A stretch of DNA of 64,000 nucleotides, from the NCBI GenBank assembly GCA_022791325.1, contig JAAVYV010000076.1, forward strand, positions 26,527-90,526. Reading direction: 5' to 3'. The notes under the pieces are model-generated. The model saw nothing but the letters and a program-made list of their open reading frames with translations, made no database searches and was not told the DNA's origin. The DNA is from Clostridia bacterium. GTDB taxonomy: Bacteria; Bacillota; Clostridia; TANB77; CAG-508. The position numbers and the translations under genes are program-made. Below, piece by piece: positions 44,001 through 55,736 of the stretch. Each line of letters opens with the position of its first letter. The stretch's first letter is position 1.

Positions 44001-44837
44001 GAGACCAAATGTCAGATGTCGGAAGTTGGAAGTTTGAAATATACTCACATAATGAATAATGAAGAATTACAGGAAAATGCAGGGAATATTATTAACCACA
44101 AACACTTCAAAGAAACTAGCAAAGACACCACAACTATGAAAATCGAAGAAATTCTAAACTGGAAATACAAATATAAATCATCAGAAAATATACCAACAAA
44201 AACATCAGTAAGCAAAATAAAAGAAGAAAAAGGAAAACAAAAAGGAATAGCACAATTTTTAACGCAAAACGAAGAACAAAAACAGATTGCACAAACATTA
44301 AGCTCTCCAAATTTCACAAAAGAAGAAACAATAACAAGTGCACAAAAAGGAACACTACTGCATTTATGTATAAAAAACTTAAATGAAACAAAACAATATA
44401 ATTATGAAGATATAGAAAAACTAATAGAAAATTTGCGAAATAAAAAAATAATTACTAAAAAAGAAGCGGAAGCAATAAATATAAATCAAATACTACAATA
44501 CACAAAATCTAATTTGTTTAAAGAACTAAAATATGCAAAAGAAGTACACAAAGAAGAACCATTTTATATAAACATAAAAGCAAAAGAAATTTATGAACAA
44601 GAAATAGAAGAAAACATACTAGTACAAGGAATAATAGACTTATACTACATAGATAAAGAAGGAAACTTAAACTTAGTAGACTACAAAACAGACTATGTAC
44701 AAAATGAAAATGAACTAATACTAAAATATAAAGAACAATTAGATTTATACAAAAGAGCACTAGAAGAAGCACTAAAGATAAAAGTAAGCAAAGTAGTAAT
44801 ATATAGTACATATCTAAAAAAAGAGATAGAACTGTAA
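41045..44837 (+). CDS. addA: ATP-dependent helicase/nuclease subunit A (AddA); needs one +1 shift at CGG
   Basis: The N-terminus WTKEQQSAI..VAAAAGSGKTAVLVERI is UvrD-like. CGG 42662 (aaa c gga gat) joins ORF 41045..42670 to ORF 42675..44837. The C-terminal nuclease motif is GIIDLYYIDKEGNLNLVDYKTD. Joined length is about 1260 aa, as expected for AddA. Confidence 0.85.
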
Positions 44838-44850
44838 AGGGGAGAAAAAT

Positions 44851-45180
44851 ATGAAAAATAGAATTAAGTTAATAATAAGTATAAGCCTAGTATTAATTAT
44901 TATGATGACAATAGTAGTAATTTATATATTACAACAATATGAAATTTATAAGAATGTAGAAGTTGCTATAATAGACGATTATCGTGTTATTGTAAAAATA
45001 CAAATATTAAATACTCCATATGGAGATATTAGCGAACATGAAAATTTCAAATATCGTATCTTTTATAAAAAGGAAATTTTTATTAGAGATAGTAATGGGC
45101 ATAAAATAAATATTAATGAATTAAAAATTGGAGATACTATACAAATAATTAGAAAAAAACCAAAATTTGAATTTGAATAA
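44851..45180 (+). CDS. hypothetical membrane-anchored protein
   Basis: 109 aa with an N-terminal TM helix. RBS aaagggga lies upstream. Confidence 0.45.
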   Translation: MKNRIKLIISISLVLIIMMTIVVIYILQQYEIYKNVEVAIIDDYRVIVKIQILNTPYGDISEHENFKYRIFYKKEIFIRDSNGHKININELKIGDTIQIIRKKPKFEFE

Positions 45181-45311
45181 ACAAAGTAAGAAAAATATAT
45201 GGTGATTAAATATTTTATTTTAAAAAAACTATTTACATAATATTAAAATATGGTATAATATAAATGTTACATTTCTATTTTAAAAATTATTACAGAGAAA
45301 GGAAAAACTTT

Positions 45312-45890
45312 ATGAGATTATGGACAGTGCAACCATATTGTATATTTCAAGAAATGCAAAAAAAAGGCGTTTACAGGTGTAATCCTAAAAAAAGTGAGCT
45401 TATACAAGAATGGGATGGATTTGTAAGCGCATATGACTGGATTTCTAAGCAAATGAGGAAAAAAATTGGAAACCCTCCAAAGGGTGTAGAATATCCAGTA
45501 TGGGCATGGTATCTATATGAAGGGAAAAACAAACGTCCTGATATGCGGCGTTCTGATGTAAGAGTAAACGAAAAATCAGTTCTGTGGGAAGTTGAAATAC
45601 CAGACAACGAAGTTTTACTTACAGATGAAGAATATTGGCATTGTGTACTTAATGACTACCTTTACCATAAAGCAAACAAAGAGAATATATCAATTGAACA
45701 GTGGGAAATAGAGGCTAATAAAGAGGACAAATATTATAACAGCTTATCACCAGAAGAAAAGACACAATACAAAGAAAAAAGCTGGGAGAATATAATTTGT
45801 TCAACAAACTCTAATAGTTCCTATGTTCAGGCTACCTTTTGGGAGTTAAAAGCAAGCCAAATAAGAAAAGCATGGATATTAAAAAAATAA
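45312..45890 (+). CDS. DUF3841-like protein; contains an in-frame CGG read in the 0 frame
   Basis: MRLWTVQP.. N-terminus. Richer in CGN/CTG codons than its neighbours. CGG at 45546..45548 lies in frame (atg cgg cgt) with the ORF continuing for more than 110 codons. A strong terminator follows. Confidence 0.6.
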   Translation: MRLWTVQPYCIFQEMQKKGVYRCNPKKSELIQEWDGFVSAYDWISKQMRKKIGNPPKGVEYPVWAWYLYEGKNKRPDMRRSDVRVNEKSVLWEVEIPDNEVLLTDEEYWHCVLNDYLYHKANKENISIEQWEIEANKEDKYYNSLSPEEKTQYKEKSWENIICSTNSNSSYVQATFWELKASQIRKAWILKK

Positions 45891-45895
45891 TTTTT

Positions 45896-45930
45896 AAGCA
45901 CTCTAGAAAAAATTTTCTAGAGTGCTTTTT
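45896..45930 (+). terminator. rho-independent terminator
   Basis: aagcactctagaaaa / ttttctagagtgctt stem followed by a T-run. Confidence 0.8.
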
Positions 45931-46048
45931 ATAAAAAATTTAAATAGAACAATGAGTAGCAAACAAAAAAGTAAATAACTAAATAGTCAAACGTTTTAAA
46001 AAATAAAAATTGGTTAAAATAATAGAAAAATGAAAAGGAATGATGATA

Positions 46049-47300
46049 ATGAAAAAATATTTAAAAATTGCAATCATACTAATTATTTTAGGCATTTTTT
46101 ATTTATATATAGCTAATATAACCCTAATTCCAAAAAGTATAACACTTCTACAAGGAGAAAAATTAGAACTTGCAACTTTGTGGGGAATAAACTTAAAACA
46201 AATAGCGACAAGTAATCCAAATATAGGGGAATGTAAAAATGGAAGTATAATAGAAGCATCTACTGGCTTAGAAGAAACAAAACTAACTGAAACGCGGAAA
46301 AATAGATATGGGAGTAAAGCTATTTGATAGTTTAAATGTTGCAAATTTAACTGTAAATGTAATACCAAAAACCACAGTTATACCACTAGGAAATACAATA
46401 GGGTTAAAATTATATACAGAAGGAGTGCTAGTAGTAGGAATGTCTGAAATAGAAGGAGAAAAGCCCTATGAAAATACAGGAATAACAGAAGGAGATAGAA
46501 TAATAAAAATAGATAAAGAAAAAATTTCAAATACAGAAGAATTAGTACAAACAGTAAATAGTTCACAAGGAAAAGAAGTACAGATAACATATATAAAAGA
46601 AGATACAAATGAAGAAAAAGTGGCAAATATATTGCCAGCCAAAACAAAAGATAATGAATACAAATTAGGTTTATGGGTACGTGATGCGGCAGCGGGAGTA
46701 GGCACACTAACATTTTACGAGCCAGATAGCCAAATGTTTGCAGCATTAGGACATGGAATAACAGACATAGATACGGGAAGTTTAGTAACAATAGCAAATG
46801 GAGAATTAGTAAATTCTAATATAGTATCAATAACAAAAGGAGAAAAAGGAAATCCAGGAGAAATAAGAGGAAGTATAGAAGGACAAACAAAATTAGGAGA
46901 TATATCTAAAAACACATCATTTGGAATATTTGGAAAAATATCAAATAAAACAAGGTTAGAAATAAGTCAAAATGAAATGGAAGTACTTGGAAGAAATGAA
47001 GTAAAACAAGGAAAAGCACAAATAATATGTGAATTAGAAGAAGGGAAAAAGAAAACTTACCAAATAGAAATACAAAAAATATATACAGCAAATAATAGAG
47101 ATAACAAAAGTATGTTAATAAAAGTAACAGATAAAGAATTACTAGAAAAAACAGGAGGAATAATACAAGGAATGAGTGGTTCACCAATAATACAAAATGG
47201 AAAATTTGTAGGTGCAGTAACCCATGTGCTAGTAAATGACCCAACAACGGGTTATGCAGTATTTGCAGATATGATGCTAAAACAAATGAAGACTACTTAA
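46049..47300 (+). CDS. spoIVB: SpoIVB peptidase (S55, PDZ + serine protease); needs one +1 shift at CGG
   Basis: A signal-anchor segment (46049..46297) joins at CGG 46295 (acg c gga aaa) to ORF 46308..47300. That ORF carries the PDZ region and GHGITDIDTG and MSGSPIIQNGKFVGAVTHV. Confidence 0.85.
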
Positions 47301-47343
47301 AAAGAAAACTAATAAAGAGTAGTTAAAAGTTTTAGCAAATTTA

Positions 47344-47372
47344 TTGACATTAAACGTCTACAAATATATAAT
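47344..47372 (+). promoter_or_regulatory. consensus sigma-A promoter (TTGACA-17-TATAAT) with a TGACATTAAACGTC element
   Basis: ttgaca at 47344..47349 and tataat at 47367..47372. The -35 region is nearly identical to the promoter at 5745. Confidence 0.65.
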
Positions 47373-47409
47373 TCATATGAAATATGAATTGATAATATTG
47401 GAGGAAAAC

Positions 47410-48180
47410 ATGAAAAAAACAAATGAAGAATTAAAAAATATCAGTCAAAAAAAGTTAAAAAGAAAAAGTATATTTACTAACAATAAAGCTATAACTCTAA
47501 TTTCTTTAGTAATCACAATTGTATTATTAATTATATTAGCAGGTATAGCAATTAATTTAGGATTAAAAGAAAATGGATTATTGAGCAAAGCAAAATTTGC
47601 AAAAGACAAATATATAAATGAACAGGAAAATGAGAAAAAAGGATTAAATGACTTATATAGTGAAGTTCTAGTAGCAACAGGAGAAAATTCACAAATAACA
47701 ATTTCAGGTAAAGAATTAAAAGAACTTATAAAGGAAGAAGTGCAAAAAAGTACACAGCAACCTACAGGAATAAAAACAGATACATTTATTACTAACAAAA
47801 TATCTACTTTATCAAGCTATACTAATATAGCTAGTATGTCAAATTTATGTACAAAAGGATCTGATGAAAATAATAAAATACAAGAGTATTTATCATATTC
47901 TGATGAAACAGGATATACAGTATTAAAGAGTGGATGGTATTTTTTTGAAACATATAATGGAATATGGGGAGCAGATTATTGTGATTTATATTTAAGCATT
48001 AATAATAAAAATATTCTTCTTACTACTACAGGATATACAGGAGAAACAAATACAGGTGAGCATAACAATAACAATTTTTCTATATATTTAAAAGAAAACG
48101 ATATTATATATTTTTTATCTACTAAAGGCGGTACAGCAGCATATAGATCATTAATAGCCAAAGTATACCCAATGTTTTAA
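47410..48180 (+). CDS. pilin-like N-terminal anchor protein with an unknown C-terminal domain (paralogue A)
   Basis: RBS ggagga lies upstream. It shares the AITLISLVITIVLLIILAGIAINLGLKENGLLSKAKFAK module with the FGE family. The C-terminus ends ..AKVYPMF. Confidence 0.65.
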   Translation: MKKTNEELKNISQKKLKRKSIFTNNKAITLISLVITIVLLIILAGIAINLGLKENGLLSKAKFAKDKYINEQENEKKGLNDLYSEVLVATGENSQITISGKELKELIKEEVQKSTQQPTGIKTDTFITNKISTLSSYTNIASMSNLCTKGSDENNKIQEYLSYSDETGYTVLKSGWYFFETYNGIWGADYCDLYLSINNKNILLTTTGYTGETNTGEHNNNNFSIYLKENDIIYFLSTKGGTAAYRSLIAKVYPMF

Positions 48181-48583
48181 AAACTATAAAAGACATTCTA
48201 GAAATAAGATAGAATGTTTTTTATATTCTTAGGAAACCCTATGAAACTTTTAGTTTCGCAACACAAAGTGAAAATAAAATTTAACATATTTTATTTTCAA
48301 AAGAAAGTCAGCCACGTAAGTAGGTAAGTTTCCTTAGAAGATAGTTATGGAAGAATTAGATTTTACTAAAGCATAACTTATTTGTACACATTAAAATGCT
48401 ACGACTAAGAAATCTTAGCGAAGAATGAGCTTAGAAAATTTTATTCTTGTTTTTTATTATTAAAGATAGTATTTTTCTAAAATTATGTTAAAAAGATATA
48501 AGCCAAAACAACTAAAACGCTTGAAATGCAAATGTTAGAGATATATAATTTTATAAAATATAAAGTTATATATGGAGGAACAA

Positions 48584-49322
48584 ATGAAAGGTAAAGTGAA
48601 AAAACAAAAGAACAAATTTAGAAAATTTGAAGGAATAACACTAATATCACTTATAATAACAATTATATTATTAATTATATTAGCGGGTATAGTAATTAAT
48701 TTAGGATTAAAAGAAAATGGATTGTTAAGCAAAGCTAAATTTGCAAAAAATAAATATATAAATGAACAGGAAAATGAGAAGAAAGAATTAAATGACTTGT
48801 ATAGTGAAGTTCTAGTAGCAACAGGTGAAAATTCACAAATAACAATTTCAGTTAAAGAATTGAAAGAAATTATAAATCAGGAAATAGAAAAATCTATAAA
48901 TCAGCCAACAGGGACACAAATAGATGCATTCATACAAAATTCTATATATAATGAATCAAATTATGAAAATATAACGAGTATGTCAAATTTATTTACAAAA
49001 ACTACTGATGAAAATAATAAAATACAAGAGTATTTATCATATTCTAATGAAGATGGATATACAGTATTAAAAAGTGGCTGGTATTTTGTTGATATGAATA
49101 CAGATATTTCTAGTTCAGCATCTGCTGATGCGTGTACTATATTCTTCTTAAATGAAACAATAATGGCGAAATGTGATTCATGGTCATCTAGCCGGTTCAG
49201 AACGTAGTAATAATTCATTTTCAATATACTTAAATAAAAATGATAAAATATATTTTGGTTCTAAGGGGACTAATAAAGCTAATTATAGAAGTTCAATTGG
49301 TACTATTTGCCCAATGTTCTAA
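48584..49322 (+). CDS. pilin-like N-terminal anchor protein (paralogue B); needs one +1 shift at CGG
   Basis: Promoter-like TTGAAA-17-TATAAT at 48521..48549. CGG 49193 (agc c ggt tca) restores a tail NNSFSIYLNKNDKIYFGSKG..ICPMF. This is homologous to the tail of paralogue A (NNNFSIYLKENDIIYFLSTKG..VYPMF). Confidence 0.7.
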
Positions 49323-49613
49323 AATTTATAAAAGGAAAGAAATTTAATTGGAAAGATTTTAGACGTGTCTAAAACCTTCAAAATTCGAATCTTTCTTTTT
49401 CTACAAAAATGTCAATTAAAAAAGTTTTTTTTATTGACATTTTTAAATACCTATTTATATTATGAACATACATTAACATTATTAGAAAATAAGAATATAA
49501 TAAATCAAAGATCAAAATCAAACAGTTTTTAGCTATTTTTAAAAATATATTGAAAAAAAAACATTTAGATTGTATAATAGCCTATAGTAATAATATAAAA
49601 GGAGAGGGAAAAC

Positions 49614-50996
49614 TTGGCAAACATAAGTGAATTAAAAAAATATAAACATATACATATGATAGGAATTGGTGGAGTTAGTATGAGTGGAATAGCTCAGATC
49701 ATGAAACACTGGGGCTTTACAGTTACAGGTTCAGACTGGGCTGAATCAGAAGTTACAAGAAAATTAAATTTGGATGGAATACATGTAGTAATAGGTCATG
49801 ATGTAAATATGGCAGCAAAAGCAGATGTAATAGTATATACAGCAGCAATAAAGCAAGATGACCCTGAACTTGTAAAAGCAAGAGAGCTTGGAATAGAAAC
49901 AATAGAGAGAGCAGATTTCTTAGGAAAAATAACAAAAGCTTTTACAGATACAATTTGTATATCAGGCACACATGGGAAAACAACAACTACATCAATGGTA
50001 TCAATGTGCTTTATAGAAGGACTAAAAGATCCATCAATACAAGTAGGAGCAACACTAAAAGCTATAGATGGAAATTATAGAATAGGAAACAGTGAACACT
50101 TCATAATAGAAGCATGTGAATATGTAGAAAGTTTCTTAAAATTTTACCCTAAGGCAGAAATAATACTAAACATAGATAATGATCATTTGGACTACTTTAA
50201 AAATATAGAAAATATAAATAGAGCATTTATAAAATATGTAGGGTTACTACCAGAAGATGGCTTATTAGTTGTAAACATAGACAATAAATATTGTGCAGAA
50301 CTACATAAATATACTAATGCAAAAGTAGTAAGTTATGGAATAGAAAATGAAAAAGCGAACTTTATAGCAAGAAATATAAAATTTGGTAAAAATGGCTTTC
50401 CATATTTTGATGTATACTATAATAATAGTTTTTATGCATCATTTCAGTTATCAGTACCAGGAAAGCATAATGTATTAAATGCACTAGCCTGTATTGCATT
50501 ATGTCATAACTATGGAATAGAAAAAGAGAATATGAAAACAGCATTAAAAAAATATACTGGAGCACATAGAAGGTTTGAATATGTAGGTACATGTAAAGGA
50601 GCAACTGTATATGATGACTATGGACATCATCCAACAGAGATAACTGCAACAGCGTTAGGGTTAAAACAAAAGGAGTACAATAAATCATGGGTAGTGTTCC
50701 AACCACACACATATAGCAGAACAAAAGAACATATAAATGAATTTGCTAATAGTCTAATAAATTTTGACAATATTATAATAACAGATATATATGCAGCAAG
50801 AGAGACAAACACATATGGAGTAACATCAGAAAATATAGTAGAAAAGATAAGAGAACTAGGAAGAGAAGCTGTATATATACCAAAATTTGAAGATATAGTA
50901 AAATATTTAGAAGAAAAAATAGAAAAAGATGATATAATACTAACATTAGGAGCAGGAACTGTAACAAATATAGGACCAATGCTTGTAAGAAATTAA
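49614..50996 (+). CDS. murC: UDP-N-acetylmuramate--L-alanine ligase
   Basis: TTG start after RBS ggagaggg. Motifs: HMIGIGGVSMSGIA, ISGTHGKTTTTSM, DDYGHHPTE. Confidence 0.93.
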   Translation: MANISELKKYKHIHMIGIGGVSMSGIAQIMKHWGFTVTGSDWAESEVTRKLNLDGIHVVIGHDVNMAAKADVIVYTAAIKQDDPELVKARELGIETIERADFLGKITKAFTDTICISGTHGKTTTTSMVSMCFIEGLKDPSIQVGATLKAIDGNYRIGNSEHFIIEACEYVESFLKFYPKAEIILNIDNDHLDYFKNIENINRAFIKYVGLLPEDGLLVVNIDNKYCAELHKYTNAKVVSYGIENEKANFIARNIKFGKNGFPYFDVYYNNSFYASFQLSVPGKHNVLNALACIALCHNYGIEKENMKTALKKYTGAHRRFEYVGTCKGATVYDDYGHHPTEITATALGLKQKEYNKSWVVFQPHTYSRTKEHINEFANSLINFDNIIITDIYAARETNTYGVTSENIVEKIRELGREAVYIPKFEDIVKYLEEKIEKDDIILTLGAGTVTNIGPMLVRN

Positions 50997-51199
50997 TGAA
51001 TAGTGAATGGTGAATAATTTGTAGGAGGAATCTATTTAGCTCCTATAGTAAATTTTGAAACTATGAATTGTAGCGAAATAATAATCAAAAATACAATTTT
51101 TGTATATAACACTTGTATAAAAACAAAAAGTATAGTAAAATAGAAAATGTAAAATAAAAAATCCAAGAAAAAAGCAAAGTATGTAAATTAAAAAATGTA

Positions 51200-51415
51200 T
51201 CAAAAGAGAGAAAGGTGAAAAACGCTGAAAGCCTTTCATACATGAATTACAGAAATTTCACTTTTTTAGGACTATTTTTGAAAATAGAAGTAGGAAATAG
51301 CGTAACCCCCTGCGTTAAAGGGAAAAATAAGGTTAATGAAAATAAACATTAATAAAATTAGGTGGTACCACGAAATACAAGCAATTCGTCCTATATAGGA
51401 TAGAATTGCTTTTTT
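51200..51415 (+). promoter_or_regulatory. T-box leader controlling pheST
   Basis: T-box sequence aattaggtggtaccacg lies at 51356..51372. The terminator aagcaattc..gaattgctt plus T-run follows at 51379..51415. A possible UUC specifier lies at 51257..51259 (tentative). Confidence 0.78.
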
Positions 51416-51631
51416 GTGGAAAGATTTAGGAAAGATTTGGGACGTGTCAAAAACTTTCCATAGTGTGAATGAATTTTTAAATATAGGGGTTATTATACTA
51501 AAAGTATAACTTGTTTCTAACTGGCTATGGCTCGAAGAACTAAGAAAAAATCACCCCTAAAAAACTACTTTTATTAAAGGTTTTAGAAAAAGTTTAAAAA
51601 TTAAAATATAAAAAGAAGGGAGAAAATAAAA

Positions 51632-52667
<1,036 letters not shown>

Positions 52668-52671
52668 GTTC

Positions 52672-52967
52672 CCCTTCCCATTGGGGACGTTTCCTAATGG
52701 GAAGTCTGTCACTTTTGGGAAGTTATAAAAATAATTGTAGGGATTCCATATATATGACAATACGATTAATCTATAAAGTTTAACTATTATTCTAGTTAAG
52801 ATTTTATAGTATTAAATTATTAAATATATGTGGATCAAAAATAATGATACTAAGATTGATAGAAAATTTATATAGAAATATTTAAAAGTCATAGAAAATA
52901 AGAATTCAACTTCCCAAAAGTGACAGATTTCCCATTAGGAAACGTCCCCAATGGGAAGGGAATGGAA
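52672..52967. repeat. MITE-like insertion between pheS and pheT with terminal inverted repeats of about 55 bp
   Basis: ttccccttcccattggggacgtttcctaatgggaagtctgtcacttttgggaagtt is matched, with 1 mismatch and 1 indel, by the reverse complement of 52912..52967. The AT-rich core has no ORF. Confidence 0.7.
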
Positions 52968-52981
52968 AAGGAGAGAAAAAA

Positions 52982-55345
52982 ATGAAATTAAGTACAAATT
53001 TTGTCAAAGACTATGTAGATATAGATGTAGATACAAAAATGTTAGCTGAAGATATGACTAAAGCAGGAAACGAATATGAAACAGCAGAAAACTTCATAAA
53101 TGCTACAAAATTAGTAGTAGGAGAAGTAATAGAATGCGAGATGCATCCAGACTCTGACCATTTACATGTATGCAAAGTAAATGTAGGAGAAGAAACTTTA
53201 CAAATAGTATGTGGTGCGCCAAATGTTAGAAAAGGTTTAAAAGTTATAGTAGCTCTTCCAGGAGCAGTTTTACCAGGAGATTTCAAAATAAAACCAGGAA
53301 AAATTCGTGGAGTAGAATCAAATGGAATGCTTTGTGCAATAGCAGAGTTAGGCTTAGATAGCAAATTTTTGAAGCCAGAAGATAAAGAAGGAATACACGA
53401 ATTACCAGAAAATGCTGAGGTAGGAGAAGACCCTATAAAGCTAATGCAAATGGATGACAGTGTAATTGATTTTGAACTAACAGCAAACCGTGGAGACTTA
53501 CTAAGTATATTAGGTATGGCACATGAAATATCAGCAATTTATGATAAACAAGTTAAACCAATAGATCTATCACATAAAGAAACTAATGAAGATATAAATA
53601 ATACTTTTAAAGTACAAGTAAACACTAAAAATTGTAACATTTTCTTAGCAAAAAGAGTAGAAAATGTAGTAATAAAAGAAAGTCCAACATTTATAAAAAA
53701 TAGACTAATGGCATCAGGAATTAGACCAATTAACAATGTAGTAGATATAAGTAACTATGTAATGCTAGAAGTAGGCCAACCACTTCACTACTACGATGCA
53801 GATACTTTAAATGGAATGATAGAAGTAAGAATGGCACAAAATGGAGAAAAATTAACAACATTAGACGAAATAGAAAGAACATTATCATCAGAAGATATAG
53901 TAATTTCAAATGGAGAGAAAGCCATTGGTTTAGCAGGAGTAATGGGCGGTTATGACACTGAAATTACAGAAAATACAAAAAATATAATTATAGAATCAGC
54001 AATATTTGACCCAGTAAAAGTAAGAAAAACATCAAAAGAAATATTAAGAAGTGAAGCAAGTACAAGGTTTGAAAAAGGCTTAGACCCAAATAGAACATAT
54101 ATGGCAATTGAAAGGTCATGTAATTTACTTGAAAAATATGCAGATGCAACCATAGTAGGTGGTTTAGTAAAATATGATGTTTCAGACTTATCTGATAAAA
54201 AAATAGATATAACATTTGAAAAGATAAATAAAGTATTAGGGCTAGAAGTGCCACAAGAAGCAGTATTAGATGTATTCAGAAGACTAGGATTTACATATGA
54301 AAAAGAAGGAGAAACAGTGCATGTATCAGTTCCAAAAAGGAGAATAGATATATCAATTGCAGAAGACTTAATAGAAGAAGTTGGAAGAATATATGGAGTA
54401 GATAACATAGAAGGAAGACTACCAAAACTACCATTAAAACAAGGTTCATATAATAAAACATTAAGGCAAATAAGAAACAAAATGATAGACTTAGGACTAA
54501 ACGAAACACTATCATATATACTAGTAAACGATAAAGAAGTAGTAAAATATACAAAAGACAACTTTGAACCAATAAAACTATTAGACCCAATGACAGAAGA
54601 AAGAAATACTTTAAGATACAGTATGATTCCATCACTAGTAAAAATATATGAATATAACAAAGCACGTAGCCAAAAAGATGTATCAATATTCGAAATAGGA
54701 AAAGGCTTTTACAAAAAAGAGGAAAAATATGGAGAAGACTTAAAACTATGTGCATTAATAGCAGGAGAGCATACTTTGGGGCTAAAACCAGAAAAATCAA
54801 GTTTTTATGATATAAAAGGTATAGCAGAAGAAATATTAGACTATTTAGGTTATAATGGAAGATACAGTTTTGTTATAAAAGATGAACTACCACAGGAATT
54901 CCACCCATATCAAACAGCATTAATTTCAGTAAATAATGATATATTAGGAATAATAGGAAAACTACATCCAGAAATGCAAAAAGAAGATGTATATGTACTA
55001 GAAATTAATTTAAGTAAGCTATTAGAAAAGAAAACAGGAAAAATGAAATACAAGGAAATATCAAAATTCCCAGTAGTAAGAAAAGACTTAGCAGTAATAG
55101 TACAAAAAGATATAACTTCAGAAGAAATAGCAAAACAAATAAAAAAATTAGCAGGAAGTATGCTTTTGTCAAGCAAAGTATTTGACATATATACAGGAAC
55201 AGGAATTGAAGAAAGCAAAAAAAGTATAGCATATTCACTAGAATTTGGTGCACAAGATAGAACATTAACAGACGAAGAAATAAATACCATATTAGAAAAA
55301 ATAATAACAGGTCTAGAAAAAATTGGAGCAGAAATAAGAAAATAG
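52982..55345 (+). CDS. pheT: phenylalanine--tRNA ligase beta subunit
   Basis: 787 aa intact ORF. It has an N-terminal tRNA-binding domain (VVGEVIECEMHPDSDHLHVCKV), B3/4 and B5 domains, and an FDX-ACB tail. Confidence 0.95.
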   Translation: MKLSTNFVKDYVDIDVDTKMLAEDMTKAGNEYETAENFINATKLVVGEVIECEMHPDSDHLHVCKVNVGEETLQIVCGAPNVRKGLKVIVALPGAVLPGDFKIKPGKIRGVESNGMLCAIAELGLDSKFLKPEDKEGIHELPENAEVGEDPIKLMQMDDSVIDFELTANRGDLLSILGMAHEISAIYDKQVKPIDLSHKETNEDINNTFKVQVNTKNCNIFLAKRVENVVIKESPTFIKNRLMASGIRPINNVVDISNYVMLEVGQPLHYYDADTLNGMIEVRMAQNGEKLTTLDEIERTLSSEDIVISNGEKAIGLAGVMGGYDTEITENTKNIIIESAIFDPVKVRKTSKEILRSEASTRFEKGLDPNRTYMAIERSCNLLEKYADATIVGGLVKYDVSDLSDKKIDITFEKINKVLGLEVPQEAVLDVFRRLGFTYEKEGETVHVSVPKRRIDISIAEDLIEEVGRIYGVDNIEGRLPKLPLKQGSYNKTLRQIRNKMIDLGLNETLSYILVNDKEVVKYTKDNFEPIKLLDPMTEERNTLRYSMIPSLVKIYEYNKARSQKDVSIFEIGKGFYKKEEKYGEDLKLCALIAGEHTLGLKPEKSSFYDIKGIAEEILDYLGYNGRYSFVIKDELPQEFHPYQTALISVNNDILGIIGKLHPEMQKEDVYVLEINLSKLLEKKTGKMKYKEISKFPVVRKDLAVIVQKDITSEEIAKQIKKLAGSMLLSSKVFDIYTGTGIEESKKSIAYSLEFGAQDRTLTDEEINTILEKIITGLEKIGAEIRK

Positions 55346-55736
55346 CCAAAATGACGCAAAGGGAATGTTTTTCCCAATAGCGTCATTTTTTATATTTTAG
55401 GAAAGTACAGTATTTTAAGTTATAGAGTAGCGCGAAGTAAGTAATATATTTTATATAAGTTGTCAATATGATAGAGTATCATATTTTAATGAAATAGAAA
55501 TTAATAATAGTAAATACTATATAGCTATTGCTAAGAAAGATAACAAATATTATATAATTTCTAAAGAAAATAGTAATATACTTATAAGTAATAGTTTAGA
55601 AAGATATGTACAAAATATAGATAGATACATAATAGATTTTGATATAGAAAGTATAAATGAAAATAAAAATGAAAGAAATGGTTATTTAGAATCTTTTGAA
55701 TTTCTTTTACGAGCTACTACAAAAGGAAAGTTAAAA

